NCBI GenBank assembly: GCA_902800395.1 | Contig: CADCEC010000009.1 | Coordinates: 10,488-74,487, forward strand | Direction of reading: 5' to 3' | Origin: an uncultured Bacteroidota bacterium | GTDB lineage: Bacteria; Bacteroidota; Bacteroidia; Bacteroidales; P3 | DNA length: 64,000 bases | Shown: positions 44,542 to 53,875 of the stretch, piece by piece | Position numbering within the stretch: the first letter of the stretch is position 1 | Layout: each line of letters begins with the position of its first letter | Translations under genes and position numbers: made by a program | Notes under the pieces: generated by a model | Seen by the model: the letters and a program-made list of their open reading frames with translations, nothing else | The model's database searches: none | What the model was told of the DNA's origin: nothing

Positions 44542-45953
44542 ACCATTGAGTCTTTTAGTTGTTCGACGTAATCTTCAATCATGTGCAGCTTGGTGGGGAT
44601 GTCGATATGCTGCGGACAGTGCGTCACGCATTTCTTGCACTCGATGCAACGGTCAGCCTGACGGAGGCGCTCGATTTCGTTGTACGAGGTGAGGAATGCG
44701 CGACGGGCGCGACGGAATTCACGCTGCTCGACGGTACCCTCGGTCAACACCAGATCCTCGTTGAGGCACTTGTTGTAGTGTGCAAAGATGCCAGGGATGT
44801 TGATATCCATGGGACAGATGAGCTCGTTGGGGCCACAGTCTTCGAGGCAGTAGTTACAGCCGGTGCAGGGGATAGCGGGATGGTGTGCAAACTCGTCGGC
44901 CACACGCTCAAGGAGCGCCAGTTCGTCGTCGGCGAGGGGCTCGATAGGTGCGTGAGTACGCACGTTGTCCTCCAGGTGCTCCATGCGGTTCATGCCGCTG
45001 AGAGAAGTCAAAACGCGGGGATACATGCCGATATAGCGGAACGACCAGGAAGCGAGGCTGCGTTCGGGCTCACGCTCCTTGAGGAGACGTGCCATGTGGT
45101 CATTGAGCATACCCAGACGTCCACCCAAAAGAGGCTCCATGATAACAGCCGGTATCTCTTTGGCATCAAGTACATTGTAGAGATATTCCGCATTAACATT
45201 CTCTGGTTCTATCTCGTGGGCATAGTGCCAGTCGACATAATTCATCTGTATTTGCGCGAAATCCCAATGGTACTTGTCGTGCATAGCGACGACCTTGTCG
45301 AACTCCGACTGCTCGCCGTGGAACGACCATCCGAGGTTGCGGATACGTCCAGATTCTCGCTCCTTGAGGAGGAAATCGAGAACACCATTGTTGAGGAAAC
45401 GTTTCTCAAAGTCGCTCTCGCCGGTTTCCTCATCCACACCGCCGAAGGAGTGGAGCAAATAATAGTCAATGTGGTCGACCTGCAGATACTCGAACGACTT
45501 GTGGTACATCTCAATGCTAGCCTCATAGGAAGCATCCTTGAAGTTTGACATCTTGGTAGCCACGAGCCATTTGTCGCGCGGATGGCGACTGAGGGCGATG
45601 CCAGTAGCGGTCTCCGATTTGCCACGAAGATAAACCGGAGCGGTGTCGAAGTAGTTGACACCGTGTTCGATGGCATAGTCGACCATCTGGTTAATGGCTT
45701 CCTGGTCGAGGTCGGCATCGGGATTGTCGCGCAGCGAGACACCGCCCTCGACAGGGAGGCGCATCATGCCGAAGCCTAGGAGGGAAACCTTTTGGCCGTG
45801 GGCATCGGTGCGGTAGGTCATCTTGTCGGTGGGCACAGGGCCTACGGCATAGCCTTCGGCTTTGGCAGCCTGTGGATTGTCACAGCCAGCTGCAACAGCG
45901 GCACCGGCGACGACAGCACCAGAGAGACCTTTGAGGAATTGTCTTCTGTCCAT
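44538..45953 (-). CDS. Tat-signal aldo/keto reductase with a C-terminal 4Fe-4S domain
   Basis: [23 protein letters not shown] twin-arginine signal, an AKR core, and Cys clusters [11 protein letters not shown] and [12 protein letters not shown]. Its stop overlaps the tatA start. Confidence 0.8.
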   Translation of the reverse strand: MDRRQFLKGLSGAVVAGAAVAAGCDNPQAAKAEGYAVGPVPTDKMTYRTDAHGQKVSLLGFGMMRLPVEGGVSLRDNPDADLDQEAINQMVDYAIEHGVNYFDTAPVYLRGKSETATGIALSRHPRDKWLVATKMSNFKDASYEASIEMYHKSFEYLQVDHIDYYLLHSFGGVDEETGESDFEKRFLNNGVLDFLLKERESGRIRNLGWSFHGEQSEFDKVVAMHDKYHWDFAQIQMNYVDWHYAHEIEPENVNAEYLYNVLDAKEIPAVIMEPLLGGRLGMLNDHMARLLKEREPERSLASWSFRYIGMYPRVLTSLSGMNRMEHLEDNVRTHAPIEPLADDELALLERVADEFAHHPAIPCTGCNYCLEDCGPNELICPMDINIPGIFAHYNKCLNEDLVLTEGTVEQREFRRARRAFLTSYNEIERLRQADRCIECKKCVTHCPQHIDIPTKLHMIEDYVEQLKDSMV

Positions 45954-45960
45954 TACTATG

Positions 45961-45987
45961 GGTTTAATGGGCTTAATGGGTGATTTA
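45961..45987. repeat. (TTAATGGGN) 9-nt repeat just upstream of the AKR start
   Basis: ggtttaatgggcttaatgggtgattta. A single similar unit (ggatttaatgggc) lies at 48371. Confidence 0.6.
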
Positions 45988-45995
45988 TCTCTTGT

Positions 45996-46015
45996 GGACG
46001 CGGCATGCCGCGTCC
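45996..46015 (-). terminator. GC-rich palindrome downstream of yitT
   Basis: GGACGCGGCATGCCGCGTCC, 6 nt past the yitT stop and upstream of the AKR-tat operon. Confidence 0.55.
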
Positions 46016-46021
46016 CTACAG

Positions 46022-46981
46022 TTATCGCTTGTCGACGATTTCCTTGCGGGCCTTGTGCTTGCGGCCGGAGTGCCAGAAGCCGTAGACCTCGCTGACATTG
46101 CCAGCGGTGGAGAAGGCCTCAATCTTCTCTTCCTTCATCCATGACAGTATCTTGCTGAACTCGTCCTTACTGAGCAGCACCTCGAGCTCGATGGACTTCT
46201 CGCCGCTATAGCCACCGGTAACCTCGTAAAGGGTGCAGCCACGATGGAGCTCATCAATGATATATTTGCGGATGCGCTCGTAATCTTTCGAAACAATGCA
46301 GAGTTTCTTGTGGTTGTTGAGGGTGGCGGTGAAGTAGTCGACCACGAGACCGTTAATCCAAGTACCGATGAGGCCGATAACCACCATACGGAAGTCATTG
46401 ATGAAGAAGGCCGTGCAGCAGATAACGGCGCCGGCAATGGAGACGGAGGCACCGATGTCGAAGTGGAGGAACTTGTTGACAATCTTGGCCAGGATGTCGA
46501 GACCACCAGTGGAAGCGTTGATGCTGAACATCAGGGCCTGGGCGGCGCTGAGCAGCAGCACAAAGCAGCAGAGGTCGAGCCAGGGGTCGCCCATGACGGA
46601 GGGCGAGTGGGTGGTCATGTTCTCAACGGCGATGTTGCTCCAAGGATAAACGGCATCCCAGAAGTCGGTCAAGGGACCAAGGATGAGGGCGGTGTAGACC
46701 GTCTTAAATCCGAACTCACGGTCAATGAGGATGAAAGCCATGATCAACAGGAAGATGTTGATGCAGGTAATCCAGGTGCCCAAGTTGCCACCGAAGATGT
46801 TGGAGAGCACGATGGAGAGACCGGAGATGGTGCCGATGATAAGCTTGGAGGGCACAAGAAAGTAGTAGACAGCAGCGGCAGTAACCATCATGCCGAGGGT
46901 CATGATGACCAGTTCTTTCCAGAACTTGAAGGTTTTCACGTAGGCGACAGCCTCGTTGATTTTTTCAGAGAATTTACTCAT
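46022..46981 (-). CDS. YitT family membrane protein (DUF2179)
   Basis: Polytopic N-terminal part and a C-terminal TLYEVTGGYSG domain. Confidence 0.8.
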   Translation of the reverse strand: MSKFSEKINEAVAYVKTFKFWKELVIMTLGMMVTAAAVYYFLVPSKLIIGTISGLSIVLSNIFGGNLGTWITCINIFLLIMAFILIDREFGFKTVYTALILGPLTDFWDAVYPWSNIAVENMTTHSPSVMGDPWLDLCCFVLLLSAAQALMFSINASTGGLDILAKIVNKFLHFDIGASVSIAGAVICCTAFFINDFRMVVIGLIGTWINGLVVDYFTATLNNHKKLCIVSKDYERIRKYIIDELHRGCTLYEVTGGYSGEKSIELEVLLSKDEFSKILSWMKEEKIEAFSTAGNVSEVYGFWHSGRKHKARKEIVDKR

Positions 46982-46995
46982 TGCTAGTGTATTTT

Positions 46996-47025
46996 TAACT
47001 ATTATCGATTATCTGTTAACTAATT
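46996..47025. repeat. TATCTATTAACTAT-type repeat (degenerate) between the polyferredoxin stop and the yitT start
   Basis: taactattatcgattatctgttaactaatt. Confidence 0.7.
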
Positions 47026-48370
47026 AAATCACAGCATGTATTTCGCGGCCTTCGACGTAGATGGCCTTGGTGGGCGTCGCGGGACAGTAGTATTCACACT
47101 TGCCGCAGCCGATGCACTTGTTTTCATGGACGGCGGGGATGCCGTCGACCATCTGGATGGCTTGAGCGGGGCAATGACGCTCGCAGAGGCCACAACCGAT
47201 GCAGTTGTCCTTGAGGACCACGGCATAGCCGATGCTGATGGTGGTCTTCTCGTCCTTGCTCACAGGCTGAATAGCGCCCGAGGGACAGAGCTCGCTGCAG
47301 CGAGTGCAGGCAAGTCGGCAGAAACCCTGATCGAAAGCCATAACGGGCTGCAGGAATCCGTCGAGGCCGGTGGAAGGACGCAACACATGCTCGGGACATT
47401 TTCCAACACAAAGCTGGCAGGCGGTGCAGCGGCTCAAAAAGTTCTTAAGGCTGATGGCGCCAGCAGGTTTCAGAGGGGTTTGGCGCTCGGGGATGGCCTT
47501 GTTTTCAACGAGAGCCATGCCTGCGGCGGCTTTCTCCTCCTGGGCATGGAGGACAGAGGCAGTGCCTACAGCAGCTGTGACGGCAAGGAATTTGCGACGG
47601 GAGGGATCAACAGTGCTAGATTCTCTAGAATTTCTAGAAATTGTTATTGCACCTTGTTTGCAGTGTCCGAGACAGTTGAAACACATCACACAGCGGCTGC
47701 CGTCGACCGTCTTGTCCTCAAGATTGATGCAGTTGGCTTTGCAGCGCTTCTCGCACTTGCGACAGCCGACGCACTTCTCGCGGTCAATGCGGATACCAAA
47801 GAGTGAGTGCTTGCTGAAGAGGCTCAGCAGGGAACCTACGGGACAGAGGGTGTTGCACCAAAGGCGACCGTACATGAAACTCATCACGCCAACGCAACAG
47901 AGTGTAGCGATGGCCACCCAGTGTACCAGACCACTGCCGTGGATATTAGCCACCATACGGGCGTAGGCACTGTAGGGGGCCACCAAGGAGGCTATTCCGT
48001 TCAGTCCAAAGAACATCAGTATAACAAAGAGTGCCAACACGATATAGCGCAGCCAGTTCTGTGGCTTACGGTAACGGTAGGGACGCTTCTTGCCAAAAAT
48101 AATTTTGTGGAACCAGCTGAATATGTCCTGAAAGATACCCATGGGGCATACCACAGAGCAGTAGAGTCGGCCAATGAGGGATGTTACCAGCAAGATGGCC
48201 ACCACGACCACCACATTGAGCGCAAGGATGGCCGGCAACAATTGCACTTTAGGCATCCATCCCAACCAGTGTCGCAACACAGCGCCGTCGGTAAAATCGA
48301 ATATCAGTGCCGTAATGCCGAAAAGCATCAGCGCGGCCAGAACGATTCGGATAACTTTTAAACTTTTCAT
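47024..48370 (-). CDS. Membrane polyferredoxin: NapH/MauN-like half fused to a NapG/MauM-like half
   Basis: TM helices with CSVVCPMG and CNTLCPVG, plus two 4Fe-4S motifs. Then the internal sequence SRRKFLAVTAAVGTASVLHA. Then four more CxxCxxCxxxCP motifs. Confidence 0.75.
   Translation of the reverse strand: MKSLKVIRIVLAALMLFGITALIFDFTDGAVLRHWLGWMPKVQLLPAILALNVVVVVAILLVTSLIGRLYCSVVCPMGIFQDIFSWFHKIIFGKKRPYRYRKPQNWLRYIVLALFVILMFFGLNGIASLVAPYSAYARMVANIHGSGLVHWVAIATLCCVGVMSFMYGRLWCNTLCPVGSLLSLFSKHSLFGIRIDREKCVGCRKCEKRCKANCINLEDKTVDGSRCVMCFNCLGHCKQGAITISRNSRESSTVDPSRRKFLAVTAAVGTASVLHAQEEKAAAGMALVENKAIPERQTPLKPAGAISLKNFLSRCTACQLCVGKCPEHVLRPSTGLDGFLQPVMAFDQGFCRLACTRCSELCPSGAIQPVSKDEKTTISIGYAVVLKDNCIGCGLCERHCPAQAIQMVDGIPAVHENKCIGCGKCEYYCPATPTKAIYVEGREIHAVI
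47615..47642. repeat. (TCTAGAAWT)-type repeat, in frame in the polyferredoxin (ISRNSRES)
   Basis: gctagattctctagaatttctagaaatt. It lies directly upstream (in the protein) of the internal RRKFL motif. Confidence 0.65.
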
Positions 48371-48382
48371 GGATTTAATGGG

Positions 48383-49189
48383 CTATTTGTTTTTCAGCAT
48401 AGCGTAAACGGCGAGGCCGGCGACAGATTTGATGCCGGTTTTGCGGGTGATGCTTTTACGATGGGTATTAACAGTATTAACCGCGATATTGAGGCGGGCG
48501 GCAATTTCCTTGCTGCTGAGGCCCTGGGCCACCAGCTCGAGGACATCCATCTCGCGTTCGCTGAGGTTGTAATCCTCCTGCGGCTGAAGCAGCAGCTCCT
48601 CAATCATGGCATGCTTCTCGAGATCGCGGCTGAGCTGCAGGATGTCGAAAACCAGCTCCATCATTTCCTCGGTGAGGCGTTCGCCCGGCAGGTACTTGTA
48701 GATAATCTGGGTGAGGTCGCTAAGTTTGTCGCGGATGTTGTCGTGACTTTTGAGATAGTGCTCGTTAACAGTCGGGGTTCCCTCCAGCATCTGAGTGAGG
48801 TTCTTCTCTTCGCGGCGTACATGCTCGCGCACCTCACGGCAGTAGTCAGCATAGTATTTGCGGAGAATCTCGCCGCTATGGCCAGCGTTCTCGGTGATAT
48901 GGTCGAGGTGGTGCTGTAGGTGCGGAAGGCGCTCCTCAAGGTAGTAGCGGTGCGAGGCACGGAGGTGCTCGGCCACAAGGCGGTTGTCGATGCGCGACGA
49001 CTCCTCGTCGTCTGGACGATAGTCGTCAAAAGTGTAGATATTGCATACCGTAAGGAAGAAATGGTCGTCGACATTATTGTCGCGGCAGACCTCTTTGACG
49101 GTCTTTTCGCCAAATCCCAGAGGAATGCCAAACCTAGGCAGCATAAGGATTAAGTCGTAGTTCGACGCAATCATGTCTGCCATCTTCAT
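48383..49189 (-). CDS. LuxR-type HTH transcriptional regulator with a His/Glu-rich helical N-terminal domain
   Basis: C-terminal LSEREMDVLELVAQGLSSKEIAARLNIAVNTVNTHR. I prefer the ATG at 49189 because the track start at 49216 is 5 nt from the -7 box. Confidence 0.75.
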   Translation of the reverse strand: MKMADMIASNYDLILMLPRFGIPLGFGEKTVKEVCRDNNVDDHFFLTVCNIYTFDDYRPDDEESSRIDNRLVAEHLRASHRYYLEERLPHLQHHLDHITENAGHSGEILRKYYADYCREVREHVRREEKNLTQMLEGTPTVNEHYLKSHDNIRDKLSDLTQIIYKYLPGERLTEEMMELVFDILQLSRDLEKHAMIEELLLQPQEDYNLSEREMDVLELVAQGLSSKEIAARLNIAVNTVNTHRKSITRKTGIKSVAGLAVYAMLKNK

Positions 49190-49220
49190 ACGGCCAGTAA
49201 ACAGGGTCCGATTCATGCGG

Positions 49221-49228
49221 CAAAAGTA
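49221..49228 (-). promoter_or_regulatory. -7 promoter box TACTTTTG (LuxR regulator)
   Basis: Reverse complement of CAAAAGTA. Divergent from the GH3 promoter. Confidence 0.45.
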
Positions 49229-49258
49229 CGAAAAAAAAACGATATAATATATTTTTTG

Positions 49259-49266
49259 TATATTTG
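49259..49266 (+). promoter_or_regulatory. -7 promoter box TATATTTG (GH3)
   Basis: TAnnTTTG ends only 4 nt before the ATG at 49271. Confidence 0.4.
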
Positions 49267-49270
49267 CATT

Positions 49271-51337
49271 ATGAACAACAGGTTACGGACATTCGTCTTT
49301 TGTGCACTATCATTGTGTTCCACAATAGGTTGGACACAACAATATCCTTGGCAAGATACCACCCAGAGCCTCGACGAGCGCGTGGAATGGCTTATCAACA
49401 ACCTGACCCTCGACGAAAAACTCTCGTTGATGGTGCACCAAAATCCCGCCATCGAGCGTGTGGGGCTGCCAGCCTACAGCTGGTGGAACGAGGCACTGCA
49501 TGGCGTGGGCCGCGCCGGCGAGGCCACCGTCTACCCCATGCCCATCGCCTTGGCCGCCACCTTCGACCCGGGAGTAGCACGTATGGTCTTTCGCAACATC
49601 GGCGTCGAAGCTCGCCATAAATACCACATAGCACAAGACACTGGCTACTATGGCGATTACGCCGGTTTGACGTTCTTTACACCCAATATCAATATCTTCC
49701 GCGACCCACGCTGGGGCCGCGGCATGGAGACCTACGGCGAGGACCCCTACCTCACCGCCATGATGGGAGTGAAGTGCGTCAGCGGCCTCCAGTCGGCCGG
49801 TGCCGCCGCCTGTCTCAAGCACTTCGCCGTGCACAGTGGTCCAGAAGGTACACGGCATGAGTTCGACAGCCGCGTCAGCGAACGCGACCTGCGCACCACC
49901 TACCTCCCTGCCTTCGAGTATATCATCAATCATACCGACGTAAAACAGGTGATGTGTGGATATAACAGGCTCAACGGCGAGCCCTGCTGCACCAACCGCT
50001 ACCTCTTCGATATCTTGCGTAACGAATGGCAATACGACGGTATCCTCGTCACCGACTGCTGGGCCCTCAACGATGCCTACGAGACCGATACCGTCATCCC
50101 GCGCCACCGCACCCATGCCACAGCCGCCGAAGCCTATGGCGACGCCTTCGACCGCGAGGTGGACCTCGAATGCGGTAGCGGACTCCCCGCTCTGCGCGAG
50201 GCCGTAGAACAGGGGCGGCTCTCCGAGAGAAAGATAGACGAACATCTGTGTCGTCTGCTGCACACACGACTATGGGTCACCTCCGAGCGAGGAAAAGATT
50301 ATGAATGGCTTTACGGCGCCTTCCCCTGGGAAGTGGCCGCCCAAAGCATGGTGCTGCTGAAAAACAACGGCGTGCTGCCTCTGAAAGAGGATGAGTTCCT
50401 CCGCCTCGAAGGCCCCAACGCCTACGACAGCCTCATGCCGCTGGGCAACTACAACGGCACCCCTAAACATACCGTCACCATCGGCGAGGCACTAGGAAAA
50501 TATCAGCTCCTCAGCGCCGGCGACGGCAAGACGTTGGTCTACTGCGGCGGCCTCAACCCCCAACTTGAGGGAGAGGAACTGCCTGTGGAGAAGGAAGGTT
50601 TTTATAAAGGCGACCGCACCCGCATCGAGTTGCCACAGGAGCAAGTGGACGAAATCAAGGCCTTCAAAAAGCAGGGCTACCGCATCGTCCTGGTACTCTG
50701 CACCGGCTCGGCCATCGCCTTGGAGAACGTCATCGACGACTGCGATGCCGTCCTCGTGGCCTGGTACGGAGGACAGGATATGGGCACTGCCGTGAAGATG
50801 CTGCTCTTCGGAGAAGTGGACGACTTCGGGCACCTGCCCGTCACCTTCTACCGCAGCACCGACCAGTTGCCCGACTTCAGCGACTACAGCATGCAGGGCC
50901 GCACCTACCGCTACCCCGCCAGCGAACCACTCTTCCCCTTCGGCTACGGACTGAGCTACAGTTTCTACCAACTCTACGAGACCCAGGTCAGCGAGGCCGA
51001 CTTCACCGTCGAGGGCATCATCAGCCAGTGCAACACTGACGTACCTGACGCCACCACCCACCGCACCGTCATCCAGGTCTACCTTAAGAACGAGAACGAC
51101 CCCGACGCACCCCACAAACAACTTATCGGTCTCTGTCCCATCACCTTCGTCAGAGGCAATCCAACACGCAAACCCTTCCGCATCGAGCTCGACCCCTTCT
51201 GGTTCCGCCAGTACAACCCCGAGACCGGCCTAATGGAAGAGCCCCGTGACGGCACCAAGTTCACCCTCCAGGTGGGCTTCTCCTCCGACGACCGCGACCT
51301 TTTCGATTATCCTTTCACCTATCACAACAGAAAATAA
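49271..51337 (+). CDS. Glycoside hydrolase family 3 (beta-glucosidase/beta-xylosidase-like)
   Basis: Signal peptide. WWNEALHG, RDPRWGRG.ETYGEDP, KHFAVHSGPE, and VTDCWA (nucleophile Asp region). Confidence 0.85.
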   Translation: MNNRLRTFVFCALSLCSTIGWTQQYPWQDTTQSLDERVEWLINNLTLDEKLSLMVHQNPAIERVGLPAYSWWNEALHGVGRAGEATVYPMPIALAATFDPGVARMVFRNIGVEARHKYHIAQDTGYYGDYAGLTFFTPNINIFRDPRWGRGMETYGEDPYLTAMMGVKCVSGLQSAGAAACLKHFAVHSGPEGTRHEFDSRVSERDLRTTYLPAFEYIINHTDVKQVMCGYNRLNGEPCCTNRYLFDILRNEWQYDGILVTDCWALNDAYETDTVIPRHRTHATAAEAYGDAFDREVDLECGSGLPALREAVEQGRLSERKIDEHLCRLLHTRLWVTSERGKDYEWLYGAFPWEVAAQSMVLLKNNGVLPLKEDEFLRLEGPNAYDSLMPLGNYNGTPKHTVTIGEALGKYQLLSAGDGKTLVYCGGLNPQLEGEELPVEKEGFYKGDRTRIELPQEQVDEIKAFKKQGYRIVLVLCTGSAIALENVIDDCDAVLVAWYGGQDMGTAVKMLLFGEVDDFGHLPVTFYRSTDQLPDFSDYSMQGRTYRYPASEPLFPFGYGLSYSFYQLYETQVSEADFTVEGIISQCNTDVPDATTHRTVIQVYLKNENDPDAPHKQLIGLCPITFVRGNPTRKPFRIELDPFWFRQYNPETGLMEEPRDGTKFTLQVGFSSDDRDLFDYPFTYHNRK

Positions 51338-51357
51338 TCACGCCAAGATAGTCTGCC

Positions 51358-52578
51358 ATGAAACGAATCCTCTCTTTTGCTTTGATTTTGCTGCCACTTA
51401 CTGTCGTAGGACAAAGACTCTCCGAAGAGCAAAGCAAGCATCGCATAGAACAGCTACAGCATCTCATGCAGCATTACCAGCCTCATTTAGCATGCGATTT
51501 TGAGTATTATCCCGACTGCGGCTTTGTCGTCTTCACCGACAGCACCGACTGGCAGGGTATTGTGGCTCTCGACGGCACAATACTGTTGCCTGCTAAATAT
51601 ATTGTCTATAGGCAGATTATCGAAGAACACCCCTCGCCTTATTTTCTAGTCCTAAGCGAAGACAAGATGGGCATCATAGACAAGGAAATGCGGTGGGTGC
51701 TGCCTATGGAATGTGACTACGACGGATCCTGCTTGAGGGGGTGTTACATGCCTAATATGCATCACTGGCTTGAGGAAGGACATTCATGTTTGGCGAAATT
51801 CAAGCCTGAAAAGTCGCATGCTGAAGGGAGTCCCAAAACGACTACGCCAAAGACTCCGCGACTGGCGATAAACGGTCCATATGAGAGCCTCGACACACTT
51901 TTCGATGGCCTTTTCCTCTTCTATACCGACAACCCCGGCGACCGGGGCGACTATATCTTCGGCTATGTGGACATCTATGGAAACACCACCGCCACCCCTA
52001 CTCAGTTGGCCACAATGGAGAAGTGGATGAGTGGTGTGATTGACTATGATGTGAAACCTATACAAATTACCAGTATTGTCCCCTGTAAAGAAGCAGAGAA
52101 CGATTATGCCACTGTTCTCTCCTGTCTGAGCGACACGCATTCGGTGGGCTATTTGCTGGTTCCAAACGGGGATTCTATATCGATGGCAAGATTCAACCGT
52201 TGTGTCTCGGAGGACTTATGGGGAAAGGCGGTAGGTATCAGTCACAAGAGATTCGACGCTGGCTTGTCCGATGTTCGGCAGGCGGAGATGCTTCTGGCCG
52301 AACTCATGAAAGACGACGTACTTCCCCGCTTTGGACGGCGCCGTCGCTACATTGGCAACACAAGTAACTATACGAAATATAAACGTGTTTATGGATTCTA
52401 CTACAACGAGGATGGCGAGCGGTGTGTCTATATCGAGATGAATCTTAGAGAATTCCATGATTACCGTATAGGATTCAGGCAGATGTGGGACGCCTGCGAC
52501 GCGGTGGCGTATATCAACCTCAACCTCGAGTCCCGCAAGGTGATAAGGGCTTACGGTAGCTCATGTCAATCGTATTAA
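51358..52578 (+). CDS. WG-repeat (KWG) containing secreted protein
   Basis: Signal peptide. Repeated segments of the type WQGIVALDGTILLPAKY and MGIIDKEMRWVLPMECDY. Confidence 0.55.
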   Translation: MKRILSFALILLPLTVVGQRLSEEQSKHRIEQLQHLMQHYQPHLACDFEYYPDCGFVVFTDSTDWQGIVALDGTILLPAKYIVYRQIIEEHPSPYFLVLSEDKMGIIDKEMRWVLPMECDYDGSCLRGCYMPNMHHWLEEGHSCLAKFKPEKSHAEGSPKTTTPKTPRLAINGPYESLDTLFDGLFLFYTDNPGDRGDYIFGYVDIYGNTTATPTQLATMEKWMSGVIDYDVKPIQITSIVPCKEAENDYATVLSCLSDTHSVGYLLVPNGDSISMARFNRCVSEDLWGKAVGISHKRFDAGLSDVRQAEMLLAELMKDDVLPRFGRRRRYIGNTSNYTKYKRVYGFYYNEDGERCVYIEMNLREFHDYRIGFRQMWDACDAVAYINLNLESRKVIRAYGSSCQSY

Positions 52579-52588
52579 ATTTACAACC

Positions 52589-53875
52589 ATGAAGAAAATA
52601 TTTTTAACTTTTACTTTTATTTCCACCTTTGCCTTCTGCCACGCTCAGCACGACAGCATTGCCGAAAGCGACACGGCCATTCTGCAGCGTATCGACGAGT
52701 GGCAGGATTTGAAGTTCGGATTTATGATGCATTGGGGCATCTACGCCCAATGGGGCGTGGTGGAGAGCTGGAGTATCTGCAACGAGTCGTGGATTACTCG
52801 TGAGATGCTGGATGAGAACGGTCGTCCCATCAAGGGCACCAAGGGGGAGGATTTCTACAAATACAAGCAGGCTTACCAAGCGCTGAACAAAACCTTCAAC
52901 CCCAAGCATTTCGCCCCCAAGCAGTGGGCGACAGCGGCCAAAGGCGCCGGCATGAAATACGTCGTCTTCACCACCAAGCATCATGACGGTTTCTGCATGT
53001 TCGACACACGCTATACCGACTACAGCAGCATGGGGTCTGAATGCCCGGCACAGACCGACTTCACACGCGGCGTGGTCGACGCTTTCCTCTCCCAGGGCTT
53101 CTGGACGGGTCTCTACTTCTCCAAACCCGACTGGCACAACGACGACTATTGGGCCCACGAATGGGCCACACCCGACCGCAACGTGAACTACTCCATCGCC
53201 GACCACCCCGACCGCTGGCAACGCTACAAAGACTTCACCTACAACCAAATCCACGAGCTAACACACAACTACGGCAAGATAGACATCCTCTGGCTCGACG
53301 GCGGCTGGGTGCGCCCCGAGTGGAGCGTCAACGACGAGACACGTCCTTGGCTCGGATGCAGCGGTCAGGTGCAGGATGTTGATATGGAGCGCATCGCCAC
53401 GATGGCCCGCGAACAAAACCCGCAGATGATCATCGTCGACCGCAGCGTCGGCGGCCGCTACGAGAACTACCGCACCCCCGAGAAGCAGGTGCCCGACACC
53501 CTCCTCCCCTACCCCTGGGAGACCTGCATGACCATGGGCGACAGCTGGAGCTACGTGCCCAACGACAACTACAAAAGCGTCAAGACCCTCATCCACATGC
53601 TCTGCGATGTGGTAGCCAAGGGCGGCAACCTGCTGCTCAACGTGGGTCCCGACGCCGACGGCAACCTGCCCGTCGAAGCGCTCCAACGCATGGAGGAAAT
53701 AGGCAAATGGTTGGATAAGAACGGCTACTCCATCTACGGCACCCGCCCGCTCTTCCCCTACTGTAAGGGCAACGTCCGCTACACGCAGAGCAAAGACGGC
53801 AAGCATCAGTATGCAATTACGCTGACAGAGGAAGCCCCCTACGCCACGGTTAAGGAACTAAGAACTAAGAACTAA
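52589..53875 (+). CDS. Alpha-L-fucosidase (GH29)
   Basis: FGFMMHWG, KHHDGFCMFDT, and WLDGGW. The last 7 codons are read from a (TAAGAAC)n repeat. Confidence 0.85.
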   Translation: MKKIFLTFTFISTFAFCHAQHDSIAESDTAILQRIDEWQDLKFGFMMHWGIYAQWGVVESWSICNESWITREMLDENGRPIKGTKGEDFYKYKQAYQALNKTFNPKHFAPKQWATAAKGAGMKYVVFTTKHHDGFCMFDTRYTDYSSMGSECPAQTDFTRGVVDAFLSQGFWTGLYFSKPDWHNDDYWAHEWATPDRNVNYSIADHPDRWQRYKDFTYNQIHELTHNYGKIDILWLDGGWVRPEWSVNDETRPWLGCSGQVQDVDMERIATMAREQNPQMIIVDRSVGGRYENYRTPEKQVPDTLLPYPWETCMTMGDSWSYVPNDNYKSVKTLIHMLCDVVAKGGNLLLNVGPDADGNLPVEALQRMEEIGKWLDKNGYSIYGTRPLFPYCKGNVRYTQSKDGKHQYAITLTEEAPYATVKELRTKN

